From positions 719-64,718 of the forward strand of contig JAAXGN010000008.1 in assembly GCA_012267415.1 (NCBI GenBank): DNA of 64,000 nt. Reading direction: 5' to 3'. A program made the position numbers and the translations under genes. Origin of the DNA: Candidatus Poribacteria bacterium (lineage in GTDB: Bacteria; Poribacteria; WGA-4E; WGA-3G). This document shows positions 1 to 8,028 of the stretch, piece by piece (position 1 is the stretch's first letter; each line of letters begins with the position of its first letter). The notes below the pieces were generated by a model, which saw only the letters and a list, made by a program, of their open reading frames with translations, made no database searches and was not told the origin of the DNA.

Positions 1-303
1 GGACTGATGCTACCAGTGCTGGAAGATGTCGGCCTCGGTAAACGCAGTGAAGAATGCTATTTCAATTTAGACAGTCTCCTCCTTTATTCCTCTGTCTGTG
101 GAACGGGGTTAGACACAATCCCAATTCCCGGTGATGCTACTACAGAGCAGATCGCAGCCATTTTGTCTGATGTCGCAACCCTCTCTATGCAGCTCAAAAA
201 ACCTTTATCTGTCCGTCTTTTCCCCGTCCCCGGACGCAAGGCAGGTGAAATAACGCAGTTTCAATCCCCGTACCTCACAAACACTGCGGTGATGCAGATA
301 TAA
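1..303 (+). CDS. UPF0210/DUF711-family protein, C-terminal fragment (5-prime end outside window)
   Basis: The frame is open from base 1 to the TAA at 301-303. The tail SSVCGTGLDTIPIPGD...VRLFPVPGRKAGE resembles the conserved CGTGLD..IPxPGD...RxxPxPGK C-terminus I recall for UPF0210 proteins. Assignment is from memory. Confidence 0.6.
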   Translation, partial: GLMLPVLEDVGLGKRSEECYFNLDSLLLYSSVCGTGLDTIPIPGDATTEQIAAILSDVATLSMQLKKPLSVRLFPVPGRKAGEITQFQSPYLTNTAVMQI

Positions 304-432
304 ACAGAAATTCAAAACGAAGTCCGAAATATTATATTTTCTGACGGGTATGTAATACCAATTCTAATTATTTTTATTACATTCTTCCGTAGGTCCAAAT
401 CAACGGTATGAATGCCTTATTGGCATTCCCCG

Positions 433-498
433 GGTAGAGGCACGAAACCCGACAGGATAGCCACAATCAATACATGTCGGGTTTCGCTGCGCTCTACC
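433..498. repeat. GTAG-footed long hairpin (REP-like)
   Basis: ggGTAGagg cac gaaacccgaca (433-455) pairs with tgtcgggtttc gctgcg ctctacc (475-498). The outer stem is ggtagag/ctctacc and the inner stem is gaaacccgaca/tgtcgggtttc. Confidence 0.7.
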
Positions 499-630
499 TA
501 TAAGTGTAAACTTAAGAACCTTATATATTGTTGGAGGGGTTTCTAACCCCGATTTCTTGAGCAAAACCTGTCCAATCGGGGTTAGAAACCCCTCCAACAA
601 GAGGTTCATTATCTTAAGTTTACACTTATA
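499..630. mobile_element. MITE-like nested palindrome flanked by a roughly 19-nt imperfect direct repeat
   Basis: The outer 18-bp perfect inverted repeat is tataagtgtaaacttaag (499-516) / cttaagtttacacttata (613-630). The inner 25-bp perfect inverted repeat is tgttggaggggtttctaaccccgat (529-553) / atcggggttagaaacccctccaaca (575-599). It is flanked by ggtttcgctgcgctctacc (480-498) and ggtttcgctaacgctctacc (631-650). Confidence 0.6.
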
Positions 631-717
631 GGTTTCGCTAACGCTCTACCGACCTACAGATGATTTATTTTGAATGTAAAGAATACAACAGCAAAACCTA
701 AAATAATCCTGAAAAAA

Positions 718-745
718 TTGACAAAAATTGAACGTTGCGTATAAT
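718..745 (+). promoter_or_regulatory. Near-consensus sigma70-type promoter
   Basis: TTGACA (718-723), a 16-nt spacer, then TATAAT (740-745). It is immediately followed by the 12-bp inverted repeat ttaaggaaaaat (747-758) / atttttccttaa (783-794), which overlaps the expected transcription start. Confidence 0.5.
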
Positions 746-1222
746 TTTAAGGAAAAATGGCGAAAATTATGCAAATTTTGTGATTTTTCCTTAAAAATAA
801 ATTTGACATTACCGGTACAGAAGTTAAAAAAGTAGGTGTTGTTCACTCATATTCCTATGGAATTAAAGCTAATCTGAGTGGTAATCCTATAGCCGACTTT
901 GCAGTGAATTTGTCTGCTCGACAAAGTAAAACTGCAAAATCCCATGGATACATGGGGACAATAGAAGCCATTGAAATTAATGCGTCGTATGCGTGGAAGA
1001 AATAAGTGTTGATGTCCACAAAAGATTGTTGCATCTACCTTCAAATTGTTAGTTACAACAAGGGACAGGAATCGGAGTTTCCTTCTACCGTACATGCCTT
1101 TTCTATAGGGACAATCTCCGATTCCAGTCTAACAATGCTTTGATTGACATGTTCCAAGACCTAACACGAACTATAGTGTTGGAGCAATTTCTAAATAAGG
1201 AAAAACAGACAGAGAAATAATT

Positions 1223-2254
1223 ATGAAAAAGCAGATTTTTTTGATTTCAATATCAATCTTTGTCATCGTTATCGCAATTGCTATCTATTTTGTAATTCCG
1301 GAAAAGAAAGAAGCAAAGTCAGTTCTAAAGATTTCTACATCAGAACCACATCAACATGAAGGACCTGGAGGTAACATAATTGAGCATACGCATACATATC
1401 ATCTGTCCTCAGATGAAGGTGTGTCTAAGCTTCTCCGTCCCGACATCAGGTCGACGAAGCATCCTATGCTCCGGCAATGGAAAGACCTAAATCTCGCAGC
1501 TATTAGAAAAAATTATCAACCCTACACCGTCCCAGAAATGATAGAAAAATGGGATGAAAAGTATGAGTTTTACGAAGGAGGTGGTGCACTTGAGGCATCT
1601 GTTGAAAGCCTCTATCCAAAGAAAGAATGGCTTGAACACTTGAGAAATTGGAGAAACCCCTTCCTTAATTTTGGGCACTACAAAATGGCAGTAGATAAAC
1701 GATATGGAATGCTGTGGGCAAAGAGAGATTTTGACAATCTGGAAAATAGGACTGATGTACTTAGTGGTTATAGATTACCTTCAGACGCGACCTGGGAAGA
1801 ACTTGAAGAGGTAATTATCAAGTATTATATTGTTGCAGGAAACTACAACCAAAGAGCACGTGATGTGAATCCATCTATTGCTGGTGGTGTCACGAACCTT
1901 GATGGTGTGTTCACCCCATTCTCAGAGAATACTGTATATGTCTATATTTCAGAAGATAAACCAATCTCAAAGTTTACTGGTGTACAGCTAACCCGAAAGC
2001 AAGAGCAGGATTTGACAATGTACGGTGTTGCTCCTAAAGGTATGACGGTTGTCTATACTGACGAAAAAGGGAATCCTTTACCTACAAGTAACCCTCCTCC
2101 TCGATTTTATGAAAGGAGAATGAAAGCGTTAGAAGAAGCACAAGCAAATGTTGAAAAGATGATTGCGGATCATGAAACATTCATTAACTTGTTACCTAAG
2201 CAAACACAGCAAGTTGTCCCCGGACAAAATCACACCAGTTCAACAGCAGGATAA
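1223..2254 (+). CDS. hypothetical membrane-anchored protein
   Basis: 343-aa ORF with an N-terminal hydrophobic anchor (IFLISISIFVIVIAIAIYFVI). I recognise no catalytic motif. The 3-prime end overlaps the next ORF in another frame. Confidence 0.55.
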   Translation: MKKQIFLISISIFVIVIAIAIYFVIPEKKEAKSVLKISTSEPHQHEGPGGNIIEHTHTYHLSSDEGVSKLLRPDIRSTKHPMLRQWKDLNLAAIRKNYQPYTVPEMIEKWDEKYEFYEGGGALEASVESLYPKKEWLEHLRNWRNPFLNFGHYKMAVDKRYGMLWAKRDFDNLENRTDVLSGYRLPSDATWEELEEVIIKYYIVAGNYNQRARDVNPSIAGGVTNLDGVFTPFSENTVYVYISEDKPISKFTGVQLTRKQEQDLTMYGVAPKGMTVVYTDEKGNPLPTSNPPPRFYERRMKALEEAQANVEKMIADHETFINLLPKQTQQVVPGQNHTSSTAG

Positions 2255-2591
2255 ACACCCGTCTACGCATACACATCCGGATGATCAGTTGAACACGCAA
2301 GAAACTGTAGAAAGTCCCAAAGATTCCGAACCAAAGAGGCAATTTCCTCCTGAAATTCTGCCACCCGAACCCCCTGGTCCCCATAACATCCAGCAGTGGT
2401 TTGAAATGCTTCAAATAATCCACGGTGGAGAATTACCAAATGATCTAAAAGAATTACAAGAGGTGATCAAAGAACTGGAAGCGATCCGCAAAATAGGTAG
2501 AGAAATGGCACCGCAGCCGCCACCGCGTCCACCAGAAAGATCGATTCCACCGAAACGCTCTACTCCTCCCAGAACACCATCGGAGCAATGA
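2163..2591 (+). CDS. proline-rich ORF, probably the frameshifted continuation of 1223-2254
   Basis: The protein-like part (PEILPPEPPGPHNIQQWFEMLQ...LKELQEVIKELEAIRKIGREMAPQPPPRPPER) begins only after the overlap. The first roughly 20 codons look non-biological. There is no independent RBS. Confidence 0.35.
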   Translation: MRIMKHSLTCYLSKHSKLSPDKITPVQQQDKHPSTHTHPDDQLNTQETVESPKDSEPKRQFPPEILPPEPPGPHNIQQWFEMLQIIHGGELPNDLKELQEVIKELEAIRKIGREMAPQPPPRPPERSIPPKRSTPPRTPSEQ

Positions 2592-2744
2592 GGTCCATCC
2601 TGATATTCACCTTTATTGTTTCCATTGTGTGTTTACGGATTAGTTTTAAGAATTTGAATTTTTCAGGTTAACTAATAGTTTATTATATGAATCGGAATAT
2701 TATACCATTTCTAATTGATAATACCTCATTAGTTGTGGAGATCT

Positions 2745-2788
2745 GGTAGGAGCGACCTCCTGGTCGCGACCGGGAGGTCGCTCCTACC
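2745..2788. repeat. REP doublet (REPIN-like) hairpin
   Basis: gGTAGgagcgacctcc (2745-2760) pairs perfectly with ggaggtcgctcctacc (2773-2788) across a palindromic loop tggtcgcgaccg. Each arm starts with GTAG. Confidence 0.75.
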
Positions 2789-2886
2789 GAAGAGAGAGAC
2801 CTCCAACTAGCTATAAAAGTGAAATTCCTTAATGGGACAATATTTTTTAGAATTGGTATTAGATTATTTTATTTGATATTCTCTTT

Positions 2887-3037
2887 GTCTGAACTAGGAT
2901 TTTCAGGATTACCAGATTTTCAGGATGATGAGTTTGAGGTGGGACGCACTATTCATAAGTTGGCATAAATCTGTGTCAAAAAACTATTGATGAGGTAATC
3001 CTTGTAATCTGTAAATCCTGAAAATCCTGGTTCAGAT
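2887..3037. repeat. Inverted pair of CAGGATTnn nonamer arrays
   Basis: The left arm is gtctgaactAGGATTTTCAGGATTACCAGATTTTCAGGATgatg (2887-2930). The right arm is its approximate reverse complement, taatccttgtaatctgtaaatcctgaaaatcctggttcagat (2993-3037). Both arms have 9-nt periodicity. Confidence 0.65.
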
Positions 3038-3051
3038 AAGAGTTGTTGATT

Positions 3052-4878
3052 TTATACGGATTGAACTTCCGTATATCCCTTGGGCAACGACTTACCACTG
3101 ACGAGTGCTGTCTTCAATGGTCGTATGTGTCTACAACTGCCCCTATATTCAAAACCTGGACAATCGCAAGTTATATCTGCACCGATCACCTCCAAAGTAT
3201 AAAATTTTCCTTTCTGAGATGAACTTTCTACGTGATAGACGGCACGTTGTGGACCAGATAACACCTGTGCTAATATACGTATGGCTTCTTCTGAATATGG
3301 TTTTAGCTGCTTGCGTGTTGCTTCTTCAAGATGTGATGCATTTTCTTCAAGGTATGCATCACCTGCTTTCTGGAGTACGCTTTGAATATCTGATTCTTTC
3401 AGTTTTGAGGTTTCAACAGACAATGCATTCATCATTCTTTTGAGTTCACTGAGTACATCCATCTTAAGGGCTGCCTCACCACCTGGAACCAATATTGATC
3501 CTTCAACGATGGAGTCCATCAACGCTGCCTTCGTTTTCAGCACCGTCTTTACGAAGGAGTCAACCGTGCCACTTGCAATCATATAGGTGACATTCACAGT
3601 CCCCGTTTGACCGATGCGATATGCGCGATCTTCTGCTTGCCAGTGATTTGCAGGCACCCAATCTAAATCGTTGAATACCACCTGCCGTGCAGCAGTGAGA
3701 TTTATACCAACGCCAGCGATGTGCATGTTAGCCACGAAGATTCTGATGTCATCATCGTTTTGAAAGCGATCAACGCGATCCTGTCTCTTATCTGCTGGAA
3801 CTGCTCCAGAAACATATACTGCTCGATCCTTGAAGTGCTTTTGAAAACGTTGCATTGTGTTGAGAAAGGAGGTAAAGATGATTACCTTTTCTCCCTGTTC
3901 CAGAGCATTTTCAACGAATTTGATCGTGTGCCGACATTTGACAAACGCAATTGCACGACGTACTTGTGTTACCCGCCCCATTGCATTTCCTACATCTGTC
4001 AAATCTATAGATTCTTCAAATTCTTCACGAGATTCCGTTGATATTTCAAGGACTTCAGGCAAACCCGCGATGGCTTCTGGAGTCTCAAATTTAGTTAGAA
4101 AATCTTGTAATAAGTGGTTATAGTGCTGGATGGCAAAAGGGTGCAGTTCAACTTCCATCCATGTTCGTACTTTCGGTGGTAGGTCTAATACCTCATCTTT
4201 TGTTCGTCGTAGCATCACACCGTGGAGTTGGACGGTTAACTCCTCAATGTTGCTTGCGCCATCTGCAACTAACCCAAAGTCACCTTGATATGCTTCGCAA
4301 TATCTTTTTGCAAAACTAAGAAAACTTTTACCAAGTGGATGGTCTAATATTTGTAGGAGCGGAAAAAGGTCGCGAGGACGATTCGTCATCGGGGTGCCAG
4401 TGAGTGCATGGACAACCGGTTCATTTTCAATCTCATGAATGAGTTTTGAAGCATTTTGACTGCGTTGGCTTTGGTAGTTTTTGAGAAAATGTGCTTCGTC
4501 AAAAACGACTCCTTTCCAATCATATTCAAGCAGTTTATCCAAATGTTTACCGAGGATTTCGTAGTTAACGATAACCCACTCTTTGAAATCTGTTGAAGGC
4601 AGCGGTTTGGGACCAACAATCGTGGATGTAGCGGTGGGTAAGACGATCTCAATTTCCCGTGCCCAATTACGTTTAATAGATGCAGGACAGACTATAAGAT
4701 AAGGACCTTCCGGTTCTGCTTCAACCATTGCCAAGATAGACTGTCTGGTTTTACCCAAACCCATATCATCGGCGAGGAGGGCACGGCGGCGACCCAAAAG
4801 AAATGCAATGCCTTCCACTTGATGCGGAAATAAACCTTCGGCAATTTCTTCGGCGCGTTTTACACTGGTTTCCTGCAT
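3052..4878 (-). CDS. SNF2-family DNA helicase/translocase with C-terminal SWIM zinc finger
   Basis: Helicase motifs DDMGLGKT (I), FDEAHFLKN (II), LTGTPMTNR (III) and DLDWVPANHWQAEDRAYRIGQ (V/VI). The C-terminal CDCPGFEYRGSCRHI fits the CxCx(n)CxH SWIM pattern. Confidence 0.85.
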   Translation of the reverse strand: MQETSVKRAEEIAEGLFPHQVEGIAFLLGRRRALLADDMGLGKTRQSILAMVEAEPEGPYLIVCPASIKRNWAREIEIVLPTATSTIVGPKPLPSTDFKEWVIVNYEILGKHLDKLLEYDWKGVVFDEAHFLKNYQSQRSQNASKLIHEIENEPVVHALTGTPMTNRPRDLFPLLQILDHPLGKSFLSFAKRYCEAYQGDFGLVADGASNIEELTVQLHGVMLRRTKDEVLDLPPKVRTWMEVELHPFAIQHYNHLLQDFLTKFETPEAIAGLPEVLEISTESREEFEESIDLTDVGNAMGRVTQVRRAIAFVKCRHTIKFVENALEQGEKVIIFTSFLNTMQRFQKHFKDRAVYVSGAVPADKRQDRVDRFQNDDDIRIFVANMHIAGVGINLTAARQVVFNDLDWVPANHWQAEDRAYRIGQTGTVNVTYMIASGTVDSFVKTVLKTKAALMDSIVEGSILVPGGEAALKMDVLSELKRMMNALSVETSKLKESDIQSVLQKAGDAYLEENASHLEEATRKQLKPYSEEAIRILAQVLSGPQRAVYHVESSSQKGKFYTLEVIGADITCDCPGFEYRGSCRHIRPLKTALVSGKSLPKGYTEVQSV

Positions 4879-4917
4879 GCTGTATTCCTTATGGAGGGAA
4901 ATATCTTATCTATCACC

Positions 4918-5883
4918 TTATCTGTCAACGAGCCAAAAATCACCCTGACTGACCGAGCTGAGGTGCTTCATCATCACGGCTCCAGGGAAATTTGGTGCCA
5001 TACCTATACCCATTGCAAAAATGCGACCGTTTCCTGTTGCATGCTTCCCTATTCGCTTTAGGTCTGGCGTGCTGATACTGATTGGGATTCCATCGCTAAA
5101 CAGAACAACAATTGTAGGTGTGGATTTTGATGTATCTGTCAAAGTCGTCAGCATGTCGTGGTCGGTACCCTTAGTATGTATCTGCGATTTTATACTCGCC
5201 AAATACCCTGTTGAACTTTTTACTGTGTCTTCAGTGACTGGAACAAAATCTTTCTGATATTTCACCAATTCGGTACTAAATGCAACAATGTTAAAACTAT
5301 CGTGTGGTGCAAGGAAGGTGAGAGAATCTTGCATTATGTTTATAATCCTGTTGAATTTCCAATCAGAGTAGTTTTGCACGCTGGTGGATAAGTCTACACA
5401 ATAGATAATACGTTGCGGTCCCTCCTGTGCTTCAATGAACTTTACCAAACGGCTCTTTTTTCTTTCTGGCGTTTTCTGCTGTTTCTGTATTGGAATTTCA
5501 ACACCGCGCTGTATGCTGGGGACATCTTTTATTTCTATCTGAGTGGGACCAGGGGCTATTCCTTCTCCTATATTGACCTGTTCAGTGGTATGAAAAGCAG
5601 TTGGTTCTGAAGCAGAAACAACACCACGATGTGTTGCGGGTTGGTTGCTTGTAAGTATCTTCACCTTTGATTGATTCGTAGTTGGTGTGTTCTGCCGTTT
5701 GATTTGTGTTCGTTTAGGGGGTGTGATTCGTTTCTTGGGTGGTTCGACTTTTGTGAAGAAGGCATCCATGCTTTCTTCAGGGTTGGTGGGTGCCACGCCA
5801 AACCAGTAAAAAATTCCAATTATGGCGACAATGACGTGTAATACAATTGAGATGAGTAATGATGTGCTTGATCTTGGACGCAT
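4918..5883 (-). CDS. membrane-anchored vWA-domain protein with TonB-like N-terminal anchor and Pro/Lys-rich linker
   Basis: N-terminal TM segment SLLISIVLHVIVAIIGIFYWF, then the linker KVEPPKKRITPPKRTQIKRQ. The C-terminal domain has a MIDAS-like DLSTS and VVLFSDGIP. Confidence 0.65.
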   Translation of the reverse strand: MRPRSSTSLLISIVLHVIVAIIGIFYWFGVAPTNPEESMDAFFTKVEPPKKRITPPKRTQIKRQNTPTTNQSKVKILTSNQPATHRGVVSASEPTAFHTTEQVNIGEGIAPGPTQIEIKDVPSIQRGVEIPIQKQQKTPERKKSRLVKFIEAQEGPQRIIYCVDLSTSVQNYSDWKFNRIINIMQDSLTFLAPHDSFNIVAFSTELVKYQKDFVPVTEDTVKSSTGYLASIKSQIHTKGTDHDMLTTLTDTSKSTPTIVVLFSDGIPISISTPDLKRIGKHATGNGRIFAMGIGMAPNFPGAVMMKHLSSVSQGDFWLVDR

Positions 5884-5916
5884 TTATTTATACCTTGTGT
5901 GTAAATTTATAGTATG

Positions 5917-6969
5917 TCAAAAATCTACATTTGGAAGTTTGTTGTATCCTCGTTCTGTGAAAAAATCTGTAAAATCTGATGATGTTGTTGGGAATTCTAT
6001 CTCTATTTCATTTGTGAGTTGATTCAATATTTTATCTCCAATTATTTCAGCAGATTTTCCACGTAAGGCTTTTTCATACCAAACCTCTAACTCATCTAAT
6101 GTGATCACACTTTGTACTCTATTTGCACTCCCAAATTGTTTAAGAACAGATACGAGAACATTTTTTTCAGATTCCTTACATACAATTATTATACGATCTG
6201 CAGTAATTTCATTACTTATGTTTTCTATTACTTTAGGTGTTAAAGAGATGTGCTTAATTTGTATAGCTGCACCAAAGTTTGCCCACATATCAAGCCCTCT
6301 ATCAGCTGCGTTGGTGACACCTACTCGAAAAACTTTAGCTGCTTGATAAATTTCAGGTATTTCTTTTGACAAACCCAGAACTTTCTCAGCGAAATCAGAA
6401 AACTCGCTAAGAATCGCATTATTGATGTTATTGATTCGCACTCCGATGTTTACTTCAAGTACTTCTAACAGCGTTGAAAACAAGGCATAAACCACTATTT
6501 CATATATCTTATCAATACTGCGTGAAAGCCCAGGATTTCGCGTAAATTGCTCAACAAAATTACTGAGGACAAAAGATTTTCTACCGGACTTTAAAACATA
6601 AGATAACCCTGCAGACATTTGAGATAGTCTGTTTTTCAGAGCATCATAAATATAAGCTTCAACTACCCCGTTGCTGTTTCTGTTTATTATTCCTAATTGT
6701 ACCAAAACCGCTGGAGGTGTAGCATTAGGTTCAAAAAGATTATCTTGGAATCTTGAGCTTGATGTAGATATATTTCCAACGAACTTCAATGAAATTTCAT
6801 TTCTCCATTTTCTTGAGGGTGTTCGGTAAGTTTCCAAATCGTGTAGATCAATATCTCCTTCTATACGGTCTCTTTGAAGTATTTCTGCTATTTGTATGGG
6901 TTTGTAAAAATGAACCCTTGCCCTATTAATAACGGTATCAAGGTGTTTTTTAGCAGTTTTATTGTCCAT
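5917..6969 (-). CDS. putative type II restriction endonuclease (partner of the adjacent C5-methyltransferase)
   Basis: 350-aa ORF overlapping the stop of the methyltransferase gene by 11 nt. It is visibly AT-richer than the surrounding genes. A possible PD-(D/E)xK-like segment is ADRGLDMWANFGAAIQIKH. I suspect the HaeII/HpaII-type family but could not verify it. Confidence 0.5.
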   Translation of the reverse strand: MDNKTAKKHLDTVINRARVHFYKPIQIAEILQRDRIEGDIDLHDLETYRTPSRKWRNEISLKFVGNISTSSSRFQDNLFEPNATPPAVLVQLGIINRNSNGVVEAYIYDALKNRLSQMSAGLSYVLKSGRKSFVLSNFVEQFTRNPGLSRSIDKIYEIVVYALFSTLLEVLEVNIGVRINNINNAILSEFSDFAEKVLGLSKEIPEIYQAAKVFRVGVTNAADRGLDMWANFGAAIQIKHISLTPKVIENISNEITADRIIIVCKESEKNVLVSVLKQFGSANRVQSVITLDELEVWYEKALRGKSAEIIGDKILNQLTNEIEIEFPTTSSDFTDFFTERGYNKLPNVDF

Positions 6970-7945
6970 TAGACATCACATTACCAATGATATCAAACAA
7001 GGGTAATTGTTCTCCTTGTTTGATTATAGGTTTTTGTAGATTTAATGCTTGCAACATTTTTTCAGCGATGGCATGTATTACCGGAATAGCTACGCTATTT
7101 CCTATCTGTTTTCGGAATTGTGTTAGATTCCCAACAATTTTAAAGTCTTCAGGAAAACCTTGCAAACGTAACATTTCTCTACGAGAAGGTCGCCGTACAC
7201 CGTTAACTAAAAGATAGTTATGAGATGCATTAGCTCTCAACGCACACGAATATGGTAACATTGAAATATTACCTCCTTTGTTTTCATGCCAAATAGATGG
7301 AAAAAACGGTATGCCTTTGCATTTTGCAAAACGCGATTCACGTATACGGGATGATGCGAACAGTGTAGGGTCAACGGCCTCGTCAGATTCAAGTATCTCT
7401 GATAAAGGTTTGTAAACGCTAGGCCCTATCGGAAAATTAAACGCCCTCGGTTCACGAAAACCTATAATAAAAATACGTTCTCTTTTCTGTGGTAATCCGA
7501 ATTCCAGCGCATTCAATACGTTGAAATAGATAGTATAACCAAACCGCAAAAGATTTTCTTGTATAATAGAAAAGGTTCGTCCATTGTCATGGCTGCCCAA
7601 CTGTTTAACGTTTTCAAGAAGAAACGCTTTTGGTTGTTTATGTTTCAAAATTCGAGCGATGTCAAAAAACAACGTGCCGCGTGTGTCTTCAAAACCGTGT
7701 TTATCCCCAATAATGCTGAAAGGTTGGCACGGGAAACCTGCTAATAAAATATCGTGGTCCGGGATAGCAGATTCGTCAATTTTGGTAATGTCTCCAGCAG
7801 GGGTTTCACCAAAATTACGTTTGTAAGTTTGTTGTGCATGTTTATCCCACTCGGAACTAAATACACACGTTCCACCCAATTTTTCAAATGGGATACGGAT
7901 CCCACCGATTCCTGCAAAGAGATCAATAAAACTAAAACTTTTCAT
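6959..7945 (-). CDS. dcm: DNA (cytosine-5)-methyltransferase
   Basis: Canonical C5-MTase motifs FIDLFAGIGG (I), GFPCQPFS (IV), ENVKQL (VI), QKRERIFIIGF (VIII) and GNSVAIPV (X). Size and layout resemble M.HhaI/M.HpaII-type enzymes. Confidence 0.92.
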   Translation of the reverse strand: MKSFSFIDLFAGIGGIRIPFEKLGGTCVFSSEWDKHAQQTYKRNFGETPAGDITKIDESAIPDHDILLAGFPCQPFSIIGDKHGFEDTRGTLFFDIARILKHKQPKAFLLENVKQLGSHDNGRTFSIIQENLLRFGYTIYFNVLNALEFGLPQKRERIFIIGFREPRAFNFPIGPSVYKPLSEILESDEAVDPTLFASSRIRESRFAKCKGIPFFPSIWHENKGGNISMLPYSCALRANASHNYLLVNGVRRPSRREMLRLQGFPEDFKIVGNLTQFRKQIGNSVAIPVIHAIAEKMLQALNLQKPIIKQGEQLPLFDIIGNVMSNGQ

Positions 7946-8028
7946 TGTATTTAGAGTATAACAATCCTTTATTGAATAGGAGGCTTTTTATCAATGCTAA
8001 ACCGGATAGTAACTTTGGATCATACAAG

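Noticed and set aside
400-1095. Minus-strand track ORFs 400-609, 646-846 and 847-1095
   Set aside because: The first is translated straight through perfect palindromic repeats. The other two have Cys/Phe-rich, low-complexity-looking products, no RBS and no recognisable motif. I treat the region as non-coding.
3105-4652. Track ORFs 3105-3443, 3721-4041 and 3857-4123 (plus strand) and 4386-4652 (minus strand, alternate frame), all inside the SNF2-SWIM gene
   Set aside because: They are shadow ORFs, antisense or alternate-frame, within a long gene that has unambiguous helicase motifs. They have no independent start signals.
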